Shown: positions 46,006 to 55,130 of the stretch, piece by piece
Position numbering within the stretch: position 1 is the first letter of the stretch
How the letters are laid out: each line of letters starts with the position of its first letter
IMG/VR virus record: IMGVR_UViG_2700988902_000001
Location: 11,520 to 75,519 of that record
DNA length: 64,000 nt
Source: Angelvirus px29
Lineage: Duplodnaviria; Heunggongvirae; Uroviricota; Caudoviricetes; Straboviridae
Reading direction: 5' to 3' (one strand)
Notes under the pieces: model-generated
Database searches by the model: none
What the model was told of the DNA's origin: nothing
The model's input: only the letters and a program-made list of their open reading frames with translations
Translations under genes and position numbers: made by a program

Positions 46006-46335
46006 TCAGATGTCAAACATTTTCATCAAAGAAGATTTTTCTTTTTTCTCGACGTTTGTGGCAATAATCTCATGATCGCTTTTCGTCTTTGAACCACCGG
46101 TATATGTAACCGCAAAATCAACAATGCGATCAATTCCAAACGTTTCATCAAACAGTTGATGTTTTTTGTTGCAGAAAATGACCTTATGTTTATTCATAAG
46201 ATTCAAAGCATAACGCGATGATTCTTCTTGCAACTTATAGCCAAACGAGTTTCTATCGTCATATCTGGTAAAGCTATTGATGTATGGCGGGTCCATAAAC
46301 ACCAACGAGTTTACGGGAAACCCGGTACTGCTCAT
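46006..46335 (-). CDS. Hypothetical protein
   Basis: 109 aa. Confidence 0.45.
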   Translation of the reverse strand: MSSTGFPVNSLVFMDPPYINSFTRYDDRNSFGYKLQEESSRYALNLMNKHKVIFCNKKHQLFDETFGIDRIVDFAVTYTGGSKTKSDHEIIATNVEKKEKSSLMKMFDI

Positions 46336-46397
46336 TTATCTCTACTTTGTTACGATGAAGATATCATACTCGATACATACACCGTGGTCAATCATTT

Positions 46398-46940
46398 TTA
46401 TTGAAAATCGGAAACTTTTGTATGATTCACGCTTACATCGCTTTCAACCGCCGCATTCATCTGAGTACAGCCTTGAAGCATCATGTATGGGTTGGTGTGC
46501 ATCAACTGAGAACCAATCACAACGCCTTGTTCGAAACCGGCTTGAACCTTAGCGGCATCATAGTTCGGATTAGATTTCGCATCTTTCAGAACTTTGGTCT
46601 TAAAGTGATTGTAGTAGCTGGAATTTGACATCCGAGCTTGAGCACACTTACTGGTGATACCAAGTCCACGACCCAGATTGAAAGAGAAGTTCTTGGCTTC
46701 ATCTTCTGCGATTCGTTGATCGATCTTGGCGTCGTTCTGGCGAGACCATTCTTTCTGCTCTGCTTCGATAGCGTTACGCGCTTCGCGTTCTTCCAGATTG
46801 ATTGTAAGCTGTTTGGCTTGTTCTTCCATGTTGTTCAGAAAGTTGATCTGACTATGACGCGCACCGATGTCGTATTCATCGGACGGGATAGAAGCACAAC
46901 CACCAAGCAGTAAACCAGCAATCAGAATAAGACGTTTCAT
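46398..46940 (-). CDS. Lipoprotein
   Basis: 180 aa. Signal peptide + lipobox MKRLILIAGLLLGGC|AS. Confidence 0.6.
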   Translation of the reverse strand: MKRLILIAGLLLGGCASIPSDEYDIGARHSQINFLNNMEEQAKQLTINLEEREARNAIEAEQKEWSRQNDAKIDQRIAEDEAKNFSFNLGRGLGITSKCAQARMSNSSYYNHFKTKVLKDAKSNPNYDAAKVQAGFEQGVVIGSQLMHTNPYMMLQGCTQMNAAVESDVSVNHTKVSDFQ

Positions 46941-47266
46941 TTGGCACCTACACAGTTAACAAAAATACGGAAATCGGACGGCGTGAGATTGATTTCAACG
47001 CGATCATTTTTTAACACAGGATTGTTGATGTTGTCAACCAGTTCCTGTTTGCTCATTTCAAAAAAGAAATGAGACGGGTCGGTTGGATTAAACGGGTCGG
47101 CAGTGTAGCTAGTGAACACAACACCGGTTTTTTGTCCAACGTGAGCGAAAGACATCAGAGAGCGATCATAACCACCTTCTTTGGTGAAAGTTTCGCACTC
47201 GGTAGTGGCAGCGGTAGCGCCGAAAGAAAACAGGGTAGCAACAAGAAACAGATTTTTCATTTTCAT
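46937..47266 (-). CDS. Secreted protein (signal peptide)
   Basis: Likely start MKMKNLFLVATLFSFGATA|ATTE. The track ORF extends further upstream into an inverted repeat. Confidence 0.5.
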   Translation of the reverse strand: MKMKNLFLVATLFSFGATAATTECETFTKEGGYDRSLMSFAHVGQKTGVVFTSYTADPFNPTDPSHFFFEMSKQELVDNINNPVLKNDRVEINLTPSDFRIFVNCVGAK

Positions 47267-47274
47267 TTTATTTT

Positions 47275-47392
47275 CGCGACCCACTAACGATAGCTCTAAG
47301 AATGCCCCCATTCACCTAGCACAAACAATTAAGTTAAGTTAAAAGTTAGTGTAAGAAAAGAGCTACCGTTAGTGGGTCCCGTCTCCAATTTG
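47275..47392. repeat. 20-bp near-perfect inverted repeat flanking a ~55-nt AT-rich spacer that contains a promoter-like sequence
   Basis: Left arm GACCCACTAACGATAGCTCT, right arm AGAGCTACCGTTAGTGGGTC (1 mismatch, G:U-compatible). Spacer holds TTGTGC on the minus strand. Confidence 0.6.
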
Positions 47393-47932
47393 TTATTTCA
47401 GATAAGAAGTAGCGGATTCAACACAACCGGAAATCATGTCTGCCGATCCGTTGATATCAACAGCATAACCACCAACGAGGGAAGAATCATCTTGAACACC
47501 GAGATAAACTTCGCCGGTTGCATACTTATCGACGTCAACCTTTACCTCATTGAAAGAAACGTATTCATACTGGAAGAATTCGTCATCAACCAATTCTTTA
47601 ACATCGGAGTTTGCAACCAGTTTGATTTGACGGGCAAACTCAGTTGCATTTGCTTTGCTCATTGCGCCAAACATCGGAGAAAGAGCTTGATTACCTTCCA
47701 GCATGTAGCCGATAACAACAACGGTATTGGATTTCAGATTCACACCGATACCGAGTTGTTCGGGACCAACTTCGCCTGTAAAGTCGATGGTACACACGTT
47801 AGCACTTCGTTTTGCTGCCAGTTGTGCTTGAACTTCGTCCATAGTCAGTTGAACAAAGTTTTCGACGGTAGCGGCATTCGCTACACAGGAAAAGCCGAAC
47901 AGCATTGCAAATACAGATTTCTTGAAATTCAT
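47393..47932 (-). CDS. Secreted protein (signal peptide)
   Basis: 179 aa. MNFKKSVFAMLFGFSCVANA|ATVEN. Confidence 0.55.
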   Translation of the reverse strand: MNFKKSVFAMLFGFSCVANAATVENFVQLTMDEVQAQLAAKRSANVCTIDFTGEVGPEQLGIGVNLKSNTVVVIGYMLEGNQALSPMFGAMSKANATEFARQIKLVANSDVKELVDDEFFQYEYVSFNEVKVDVDKYATGEVYLGVQDDSSLVGGYAVDINGSADMISGCVESATSYLK

Positions 47933-47955
47933 GATTAAGTCTCTTTGTTGTTTCG

Positions 47956-48270
47956 TTATGAAGCTATAGTAATCTCTTTAGCGACTGAGGTCAAGGTGTT
48001 TTTGAAATTTTTTGCGATTTCGAGTTCAGTTTCACCAAATACTTGCACGATTTGCCACATGTAAATGTTATCAAAGTCTGATGTTTCGTGAGAATAAACA
48101 CTTCTCAGAACTACCCAGTGATCTGAATATTTGTATTCAGATACTCCCCACCCACGACTAACTCGTTCTTTTTTGGTAGCGAATGCAACAGCATAAGCAC
48201 CACGAGGGACCGGACCATCATAGGTACTATCGCTAATATCGTATTGCTTTTCCTGAAAATAATACTTCAT
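47956..48270 (-). CDS. Hypothetical protein
   Basis: 104 aa. Confidence 0.45.
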   Translation of the reverse strand: MKYYFQEKQYDISDSTYDGPVPRGAYAVAFATKKERVSRGWGVSEYKYSDHWVVLRSVYSHETSDFDNIYMWQIVQVFGETELEIAKNFKNTLTSVAKEITIAS

Positions 48271-48272
48271 GA

Positions 48273-48734
48273 TTATTCCTCAAATGTAAGTAATGTAATA
48301 ACACGGTCTTCGCGTCGAATAATGCGAACATCATTAGGTGGATTTTTAACATACTCACGAATTTCGTTTTGTAGCTTTTCCGTGAACATTCCGTGTCTAT
48401 TACCCCATCTGATTTTCATCATATCAGAGTCAACAACAGGATACAAGCCATATTCCAGTTTTATTTGTTCTTCGTCAAACTTATAATCTCGAACTCGTTC
48501 CATATAGCGAACTAAAAAGTGGTCTGACAGATTCAGACAACCAACAGTTCGCCAAGTGTTATAACAAAAGTGATCTTGAATTCGTCCATTCTTCCAGTCG
48601 CCCGGCAATACAGTTCGTTCAACACCATTCAAAATACGATTGCTTTCAGCAATGCAATCGTTAATCTCTTGAAGTTGTTGATTGAGTTTTAGAACCTTCG
48701 ACGGACGAACTCGTCTAAGTCTACGACCTTGCAT
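48273..48734 (-). CDS. Hypothetical protein
   Basis: 153 aa. Confidence 0.45.
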   Translation of the reverse strand: MQGRRLRRVRPSKVLKLNQQLQEINDCIAESNRILNGVERTVLPGDWKNGRIQDHFCYNTWRTVGCLNLSDHFLVRYMERVRDYKFDEEQIKLEYGLYPVVDSDMMKIRWGNRHGMFTEKLQNEIREYVKNPPNDVRIIRREDRVITLLTFEE

Positions 48735-48736
48735 AC

Positions 48737-49324
48737 TTATTTCCCCAGATAAAAATCAATTGCCTTGTGTGGATCAACGAAGATCTTAACAAGCAGATCG
48801 GAAACATCACACTGACCACCGCCATCAACTTTAGTAAAGGTGTGTCGAGTCTCGGTATTATCGCAATACCAGGTCTTTCCGTCAATCTCTTTTGTTTCTC
48901 GATGATTATGACTATGCACTTTATGATTTCTGATTTCAATAGGCATCAGACGAATTTCGTTCTTAATAAACACCACATATTTGATCTCAATCATGTTTGT
49001 CATGCCAAGCATACGGCATTCGATCTGAGTCAAATCCATATTGTTGATGCGATTCACATATGCAGTAGCTTCATGAACAGTGGTAAACACACGATTGACC
49101 GTGTATGCGTCGTGATGCAGATCGTCATTAATGATGTTGTAATCATTATAATCAATCTCTTTGAATTGACCACTACCAACAATTTGAATAACAGCTTTGT
49201 TGTCATTGATACTAACAACTTTACCGGTAAACATCAATGCGGTAACTTTATTATCGGTCTTGCGAACAATCACAGCGGACAAGTTATTATCGTATTTGAT
49301 TTGATTTTTGGATGAAACTAACAT
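48737..49324 (-). CDS. Hypothetical protein
   Basis: 195 aa. Confidence 0.45.
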   Translation of the reverse strand: MLVSSKNQIKYDNNLSAVIVRKTDNKVTALMFTGKVVSINDNKAVIQIVGSGQFKEIDYNDYNIINDDLHHDAYTVNRVFTTVHEATAYVNRINNMDLTQIECRMLGMTNMIEIKYVVFIKNEIRLMPIEIRNHKVHSHNHRETKEIDGKTWYCDNTETRHTFTKVDGGGQCDVSDLLVKIFVDPHKAIDFYLGK

Positions 49325-49378
49325 GATGATCTCCTATGTGTTTTCGACAATGAGCACTCGAAAGTGCTCATTAGCAAA

Positions 49379-49801
49379 TTACGCAGTAACGAAATCGGCG
49401 ATGATTCGCGGATTGGCAATGTGACCACTCAGTTTCCAGATAGAAACGGTGTCGGTCGTGTTCTTGATCTTGTGTTCGCGAGCAACTTCCATCGCTTGTT
49501 TATCAGTCATAGGACTCATAAACACGCTTTGACCGTCTGCATTAGTAATTTGAACGATAGAGGTCAGTTTGCCTTGTTTGACACCAACACCAATATCACT
49601 CATGATCTTCTTGGCTTCGGTATCGTTGATCTCATCCAGAGACTTGATACTCAGATAAACACGTTTGCCGTCAATGCGCAGAACACCAGAACAAACACCA
49701 TCACGCCAAGTATAATCTTCCATCTTAGCAACAGCGCCGTGATGCTTAGATTTTACGTTGTTTACACGAACCATACCACGATAAGAAGTTTTTACAGCCA
49801 T
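49379..49801 (-). CDS. Hypothetical protein
   Basis: 140 aa. Confidence 0.45.
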   Translation of the reverse strand: MAVKTSYRGMVRVNNVKSKHHGAVAKMEDYTWRDGVCSGVLRIDGKRVYLSIKSLDEINDTEAKKIMSDIGVGVKQGKLTSIVQITNADGQSVFMSPMTDKQAMEVAREHKIKNTTDTVSIWKLSGHIANPRIIADFVTA

Positions 49802-49809
49802 TTTTCACC

Positions 49810-50370
49810 TCAGATAAATTTGAATGTTTGTAGTGCTTCTTGACTAAGTTGCACTACCAGGTCTTTTTCGATACAGAGCTTTGAATACAGGTCCAGCTTA
49901 TCAGCTTTCACCAGTATGTCAACGATTTTATCGAACTTTTCTTTTGCTTCCCAATCGCCGTCAGCAACGATTGTAAATTCAGCAGTCGCAACAACAAACT
50001 CGCCTTCTATACCACGCGCTTTGGTCAAGCTGTAGGCATAGAAATCAAAGCTTTCACGCTTTGCAACTGCGGCATATTTTCGCACTTCCTCGATGCTATG
50101 CATGACCGCATCAAGAGGGAACATTGTGTTGAAATTGTATTTCCACTTGCCATGATAGTCGAATGCGCCACAATGACGTTGCAGATCAACAAACAGGTTT
50201 TCATGACTGTCTTCATACATCGGACGATGTGCGCGATGATTCCATCCACAATGAGTATGGCCCATCTTACCAGCTTGTTGACAGTTCACGCGCTCCAGAT
50301 CATCTTGGATTGGTTTGCGTCCAGTGAACTTTTTAAACAGTTTGGCATCCATTTCGGTTTTAAGACGCAT
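49810..50370 (-). CDS. Hypothetical protein, His/Cys-rich segment (possible metal site)
   Basis: 186 aa. ..CQQAGKMGHTHCGWNHRAHRP..HENLFVDLQRHCGAFDYHGKW.. Confidence 0.45.
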   Translation of the reverse strand: MRLKTEMDAKLFKKFTGRKPIQDDLERVNCQQAGKMGHTHCGWNHRAHRPMYEDSHENLFVDLQRHCGAFDYHGKWKYNFNTMFPLDAVMHSIEEVRKYAAVAKRESFDFYAYSLTKARGIEGEFVVATAEFTIVADGDWEAKEKFDKIVDILVKADKLDLYSKLCIEKDLVVQLSQEALQTFKFI

Positions 50371-50532
50371 ATGAGATCTCCAAAATACCGTATATGAAGA
50401 TGATGAACATCACGATTACCCCATTTTTGAGACAGTCGATCATTTGCATCGGTGTGAACTTTGAATTAAACGTCATGTAAATCATACGAGCTATGAACAT
50501 CGCAACAAATACAATCAGAATATAATAACGCA

Positions 50533-50796
50533 TTACATGTCCTCCAGAATAACGATCTCACGGTCTTTCGGGTTTGCGTCATAGTCAAAGAAAGACATCA
50601 CGCCATCTTTGCGAGCGGTCAAATAACCAAGATGATTATCAACTTGCTCGATTGTGTAGCCGTTTTCTTTCAGAAACATAACAACTTCTTGATGCGCGTG
50701 AGTGCGACCACACCCAGTCCAGTCAATCACAGCGGCTTTAGCACCAGCGTTGTTAGAAACAAACAGAGCATTGCGAACGTTATTCGGATTAAACAT
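50533..50796 (-). CDS. Hypothetical protein
   Basis: 87 aa. Promoter with IR ATGGTTCATT/AATGAACCAT upstream at 50821-50855. Confidence 0.45.
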   Translation of the reverse strand: MFNPNNVRNALFVSNNAGAKAAVIDWTGCGRTHAHQEVVMFLKENGYTIEQVDNHLGYLTARKDGVMSFFDYDANPKDREIVILEDM

Positions 50797-50820
50797 GGTG
50801 TATTCCTCTTGTCTTGATAT

Positions 50821-50855
50821 GGTTCATTATACGCTAATGAACCATGGCGTCAATC
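50821..50855 (-). promoter_or_regulatory. Early promoter with TATAAT flanked by a 10-bp inverted repeat
   Basis: TTGACG-N16-TATAAT. IR ATGGTTCATT(a gcgtat a)AATGAACCAT, a covariant of the ATGGCTC/GAGCCAT class. Confidence 0.55.
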
Positions 50856-51204
50856 ACTTTTTCAAAGCTTTTGGATCAAAATGCCAGAATCGAACTTTTT
50901 TACCGTTGTGCATGTATTGATCAAACACGATACCATGAGTCTTGCGCATATGCTCGATGTTTTCTTCGGACTGTTTGAATGCATTGCGAACGTCGCGCTC
51001 CCAAGTCTCAACCCAGCGAGTTTTAACAAACTCGTTGATCTTGTCGTCTTTTCGATTATACATGTCCAGATGTTTGTTGAAATCTGAGTTTTCGCGCAGA
51101 TAATCAACGATATCATTGTTACTGAATTTCACAAACGGAACACTTTTGATAGCCGGAATAGCATACATCAGAACGGCAGCACGTACACTCAGTTTCTTTT
51201 TCAT
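50854..51204 (-). CDS. Hypothetical protein with N-terminal signal/TM segment
   Basis: 116 aa. MKKKLSVRAAVLMYAIPAIKS.. Confidence 0.45.
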   Translation of the reverse strand: MKKKLSVRAAVLMYAIPAIKSVPFVKFSNNDIVDYLRENSDFNKHLDMYNRKDDKINEFVKTRWVETWERDVRNAFKQSEENIEHMRKTHGIVFDQYMHNGKKVRFWHFDPKALKK

Positions 51205-51372
51205 ATATTAACCTCTTACGTTTTTAATTACGGATGAACCAATATCAGCGATTGTACCAACTGCGGCAATAAGCAGCACGATAACAACCACACAGAAACC
51301 AAGTGCGACACTGGCAATATAAACCCAGTTTTCGATAATCCACGAAAACACACTAACAATTGAATCAAGCAT
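51205..51372 (-). CDS. Tiny membrane peptide (unannotated, ~56 aa)
   Basis: Hand translation gives MLDSIVSVFSWIIENWVYIASVALGFCVVVIVLLIAAVGTIADIGSSVIKNVRG. Its ATG overlaps the stop of the upstream 113-aa gene (AATGCTTGA). Confidence 0.35.
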
Positions 51373-51706
51373 TCAAGTGATCCTTTAATACTCGAAGATG
51401 ATCGGCACTCAGACCGCGAAGTTGTTTCTTCGCTTCTTCCAACAGATTGTGATCTCGATTCTGCTTTTCATCAACAACAACACGAAAAGAATCACCGAAA
51501 GATTTTGTGACTTTCACACCGTTTGCTTCATTCAGATGATTTGCATTCAGAACCTCAACTGGCTGAAAATTGTAGCCATAGTATGGGTTCTTTCCCTGCA
51601 ACAGCAGAAGACTTACAATCTTTTTGATCTCACCAGAGTAAACACCAAGGTGACGAATTGAGCGACCTTCACAATCGCCCTCAGTTGTTACGCTATAAGT
51701 TGCCAT
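51365..51706 (-). CDS. Hypothetical protein
   Basis: 113 aa. Confidence 0.45.
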   Translation of the reverse strand: MATYSVTTEGDCEGRSIRHLGVYSGEIKKIVSLLLLQGKNPYYGYNFQPVEVLNANHLNEANGVKVTKSFGDSFRVVVDEKQNRDHNLLEEAKKQLRGLSADHLRVLKDHLNA

Positions 51707-51714
51707 GATTTGCC

Positions 51715-51906
51715 TCAGATTTTAAATTTAACGATTTCGCTTTTGTGGATAACGATCACGGTTTGACGCTTACGCCAGAACTGATACCACTTAACTCGAA
51801 CGTAATCAGCCATTTGCATTACTTGCTCGACCGATGCGGTAGTAACAGAGATCTCACCATTAGGCAGTGACATCATAACTTGGTCATTCACGATTTGCAG
51901 ATTCAT
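51715..51906 (-). CDS. Hypothetical protein
   Basis: 63 aa. Confidence 0.4.
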   Translation of the reverse strand: MNLQIVNDQVMMSLPNGEISVTTASVEQVMQMADYVRVKWYQFWRKRQTVIVIHKSEIVKFKI

Positions 51907-52043
51907 AATATTTTACTCAGTTGAGTTGATTCAGTAAACTAGACAGTGCTTCGGCATATGCGAGTGCCAATCCTAAAAGGATTACAACAACAATCTTACC
52001 GAATAGTTGATCTGACATAATGATTCCTCGTTTCGATGTAGCT

Positions 52044-52072
52044 ATATTAACAGAACCAATTAGGTACACAAG
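52044..52072 (-). promoter_or_regulatory. Sigma70-like early promoter + conserved leader
   Basis: AAAGTCC-TTGTGT-N17-TAATAT-AGCTACATCGAAACGAGGAATC-ATG. The 30-nt leader block is identical to the one at 31090. Confidence 0.55.
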
Positions 52073-52127
52073 GACTTTAGGTGATTTTTTAACCAATTAT
52101 TTTTCGAGACATTAAAAAACCCGCCGA

Positions 52128-52146
52128 AGCGGGTTTAGTCTTTCTT
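52128..52146 (-). terminator. Rho-independent terminator
   Basis: ACCCGC-UUCG-GCGGGU followed by U6. Confidence 0.75.
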
Positions 52147-52356
52147 TGATGCTAACATAGCAGCCATCATTAGATCGTGTCGTCTTTGTTCTTCTTTCTC
52201 TTTGCGCAGATTCGGAAGAATCAACAGCAGAATGATAGAGAAAAGCGGGGTCAGAAACACAGTGATGATAAACCAACCCAGCACAGATCGACCGCGAGAG
52301 TTAGCCAACACCAAAGTTACGATCAGAAATACAAGCCACCCAATTGCGATTGTCAT
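52135..52356 (-). CDS. Small membrane protein (2 TM)
   Basis: 73 aa hydrophobic. The 3' end overlaps the terminator stem, so the ends are uncertain. Confidence 0.4.
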   Translation of the reverse strand: MTIAIGWLVFLIVTLVLANSRGRSVLGWFIITVFLTPLFSIILLLILPNLRKEKEEQRRHDLMMAAMLASKKD

Positions 52357-52809
52357 TTAATTACCATTATGATAGTTGATAGCGTATTCTTTCAGCTCTT
52401 GATAGAATGCTTGATACTCGATTGTTCGAATGATGTCCTTCGGACCAATGCCCTTCAAACGTCGAATATCGCTATTAGTCCGAAGATCGCTCATTTTGAT
52501 ATAAACAGAACGAATGTCCAGTTTAACCCGAGCTTTGTAATCTTCTTTACTTTCGCCCGGACGCTTGCTCACGTTTTCAACGAGTTGAATCGCGTCAAGA
52601 CTCATGCCGTTAGAGATCAACAGATCTCGACCGTTTTCGATGTCTTCGATGATATCGTGAGCCAATGCAGCTTGTTTGGTAGCTTCATCAGCACACTCAG
52701 GAAGTCCCTTCAAAACTGCTAGACAGTGTTCGAAATACGGGTGACCACCTTTGTCATTGACATCGGCAAATGCAGTTGCTACCAGTGCATAAAGTTTAGA
52801 TAGAGTCAT
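52357..52809 (-). CDS. HD-domain phosphohydrolase (YfbR/5'-deoxynucleotidase-like)
   Basis: 150 aa. H..(x)..ALAHDIIED arrangement (..GGHPYFEHCLAV...AALAHDIIEDIENG..). Confidence 0.6.
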   Translation of the reverse strand: MTLSKLYALVATAFADVNDKGGHPYFEHCLAVLKGLPECADEATKQAALAHDIIEDIENGRDLLISNGMSLDAIQLVENVSKRPGESKEDYKARVKLDIRSVYIKMSDLRTNSDIRRLKGIGPKDIIRTIEYQAFYQELKEYAINYHNGN

Positions 52810-52874
52810 GATTTATTCCTCAGTTGATTAAGTGCGACCATTATAGATCGCACTGTTTTGGACTACAAGCTATT

Positions 52875-53297
52875 TTAGAACTCTGGGTTCATTTTGCTAT
52901 GAGTACCGGAAACAAGAGCAAAGGTCTTGGAGTACAGCCACTGACCAGTCAGCTTTTTGCGCCAGAACACACGACCGTTAGAGGTCTTGATAGTTTTCAG
53001 ACTCTCGGAGATTTTCACGATGGTACCACACGGGTAGTAATCACCATTGAAAGTCATGCTCACTTCATCACCAACTTTCGGCATTTCGATTACATCAAAG
53101 CGCGGGCTTACCCATTCGCCTTTGTCGATTGCCAGCAGGTTTTTACCTTCGAATTCATCAACGATAGCTTGAGCATTCTCCAGTGATTTGAAGTCCCAGC
53201 GAGAAACGATGTAGTGAGTACGATCAGCTTCGCGAGCTTTCATTGCGTCGGTAGCGTTGGTGTAGATTTCTTTGGTGTTCATATTGAAGTGCAGCAT
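52875..53297 (-). CDS. Hypothetical protein
   Basis: 140 aa. Promoter TTGACC-N16-GATAAT with IR GTGGCTAT/ATAGTCAC at 53341-53374. Confidence 0.45.
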   Translation of the reverse strand: MLHFNMNTKEIYTNATDAMKAREADRTHYIVSRWDFKSLENAQAIVDEFEGKNLLAIDKGEWVSPRFDVIEMPKVGDEVSMTFNGDYYPCGTIVKISESLKTIKTSNGRVFWRKKLTGQWLYSKTFALVSGTHSKMNPEF

Positions 53298-53390
53298 GAT
53301 GTAATCCTCAGAGTTTTCGTTGAGACTGTTTCGTCTTGATGTGACTATATTATCATAGCCACGCCGACGGTCAACTACTTTTTTCGAAAA

Positions 53391-53762
53391 TTAGTAATCT
53401 TTTCCATTTCGACCGGCACTATATACCATTTCTCGATATATCTTGATGCTCTTTTCATATGGATCTGAGATGTTATCCATATCTCGATAGAATTCTCGAT
53501 TGTTCTTACTATCTCTGATATACTTACCGAGATAGCAACCGATACCGGTCAGATAGGTACGCATGGATTGCGTATTAAGCATTTCAGACGGAATAGTTTG
53601 AAGTAGTGCTTTCAGTTCGTTGAAACGTTCTACCACTTTCTGGTATTGTTCATCGAACTTAGAAAACTCAGCCAGATTCATACGAAGTCGATTCATATGT
53701 CGGAGTTCGAACGCAAGTTCGCGAGATATTACTCCGAATTTACTTGCAAAATCAGGATTCAT
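53391..53762 (-). CDS. Hypothetical protein
   Basis: 123 aa. Confidence 0.45.
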   Translation of the reverse strand: MNPDFASKFGVISRELAFELRHMNRLRMNLAEFSKFDEQYQKVVERFNELKALLQTIPSEMLNTQSMRTYLTGIGCYLGKYIRDSKNNREFYRDMDNISDPYEKSIKIYREMVYSAGRNGKDY

Positions 53763-54039
53763 TTGATCTCCCTTTTAAGATTCGCATTTCCATTTCAGCA
53801 CAAGCGGCGTTATAGAAATCACGTTTGGCTTGTGCCAGTTCTGGAACAATCACGTTCATCCGATGCATATACAGATCATCAAGACGATTCAAAATCTTGA
53901 CACCATCGCGAGACAACTTACCGTTTTCGGTTTGTGCTTGCTTCTCAAGCTCGATTGCTCGAATGCAGTTCAACTGATAATCAGCCGACAATTGTCGCTC
54001 TTGCAACCGCTTGTATATTTCCAAAATATCAATTTGCAT
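53752..54039 (-). CDS. Hypothetical protein
   Basis: 95 aa. Confidence 0.45.
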   Translation of the reverse strand: MQIDILEIYKRLQERQLSADYQLNCIRAIELEKQAQTENGKLSRDGVKILNRLDDLYMHRMNVIVPELAQAKRDFYNAACAEMEMRILKGRSNES

Positions 54040-54301
54040 TTTTCAGTCCTATATACCACAGTTTACCAACACTGGTATGTTGATACCGTTCTTTATCCCA
54101 CATACGGCGTCTAACGGCACTTGTGTGTTCATTACCACCGCTCGTTTTGTCTAGCCAGCGCATCATGATACGGAAACAGAGTCCCACGTCCATTCTGAAT
54201 TCGCAAGCCATTTCATCATAAAGCTTGTCATTGACATAAAGCCGACAATGATACTTGTTGTTGATCCTTGTCAGCTTAGTCTTGGTTTTTAGTTCGCTCA
54301 A
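54029..54301 (-). CDS. Hypothetical protein
   Basis: 90 aa. Confidence 0.45.
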   Translation of the reverse strand: MSELKTKTKLTRINNKYHCRLYVNDKLYDEMACEFRMDVGLCFRIMMRWLDKTSGGNEHTSAVRRRMWDKERYQHTSVGKLWYIGLKNAN

Positions 54302-54483
54302 ATAAGACGCTCCCCGGTTACAACAGTTTTACCACTTGAATAGTAGCCATACTGTTTCCACTTGCGATGATTGCCAATCATGATATTCTTTGCCGCTTGT
54401 TCCGCTTTCTCCGCAGTATCATAAGAAACAGTATAATCAACACGGGAAATACCTACAGCACATACGAACGGATAAAATTTCAT
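54298..54483 (-). CDS. Hypothetical protein
   Basis: 61 aa. Confidence 0.4.
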   Translation of the reverse strand: MKFYPFVCAVGISRVDYTVSYDTAEKAEQAAKNIMIGNHRKWKQYGYYSSGKTVVTGERLI

Positions 54484-54541
54484 GATTAGCTCCTCGATTT
54501 GATAAAGTGATTGTATCAGATTCTATCAACAACAAGCAAGT

Positions 54542-54712
54542 GTTATTTGATAAGAAATTCGATTGTCGGATTGGTGATGATCTGATAGACACCAACTGAT
54601 GTCAGACAAAACAAAAACATCTTGATAACACAATCAAGAAACCCTCTTGTGCTCCACCACAAGGTGATAACACCAAGAACAAAAACACTCAACAGCATAT
54701 AGATAGTCAACA
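54542..54712 (-). CDS. Tiny membrane protein (unannotated, ~56 aa)
   Basis: Hand translation gives MLTIYMLLSVFVLGVITLWWSTRGFLDCVIKMFLFCLTSVGVYQIITNPTIEFLIK, with SD AAGGAGA upstream. Confidence 0.4.
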
Positions 54713-54723
54713 TAATTTTCTCC

Positions 54724-55038
54724 TTAGTTTAAACAATCAATTTCTTGTTTCCAATGATAGAGATCAACATAACCTTTTGCCTTGATCTTTTTCATAAAAG
54801 CAGTTGCCACAGAGAAAGCATTCATATAATAGCTATCATCTTCGGCATTAACAATCTTACCACGAAAAACGTGCTTCAACCGATAACGAACCGGAGAATC
54901 AATTCCTTCCAGAATGATAGTACAGCAAAAATCATCACTCAGACCTTCTGGAGTCATACACGCAACAATGTCACCACGCTCAACAGCGAGAGCATAACGG
55001 GATTCACCAGTGCTAGTCTTTTCGTTGATGTTGATCAT
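54724..55038 (-). CDS. Hypothetical protein
   Basis: 104 aa. Preceded by promoter TTGACA-N16-TAATAT at 55079-55106. Confidence 0.45.
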   Translation of the reverse strand: MININEKTSTGESRYALAVERGDIVACMTPEGLSDDFCCTIILEGIDSPVRYRLKHVFRGKIVNAEDDSYYMNAFSVATAFMKKIKAKGYVDLYHWKQEIDCLN

Positions 55039-55078
55039 TTTGATTCACTCAGTTCGTTTCGATGTAGCTATATTATCA

Positions 55079-55106
55079 TGTTCACATTTGATGTCAACAA
55101 AAAAGC
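55079..55106 (-). promoter_or_regulatory. Sigma70-like early promoter + conserved leader
   Basis: TTGACA-N16-TAATAT-AGCTACATCGAAACGAAC.. Confidence 0.6.
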
Positions 55107-55112
55107 CACCCG

Positions 55113-55130
55113 AAGGTGGCTTTTATTTTT
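55113..55130 (-). terminator. Rho-independent terminator after nadV
   Basis: GCCACC-UUCG-GGUGGC followed by U6. Same hairpin sequence as at 10752 and 61809. Confidence 0.8.
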
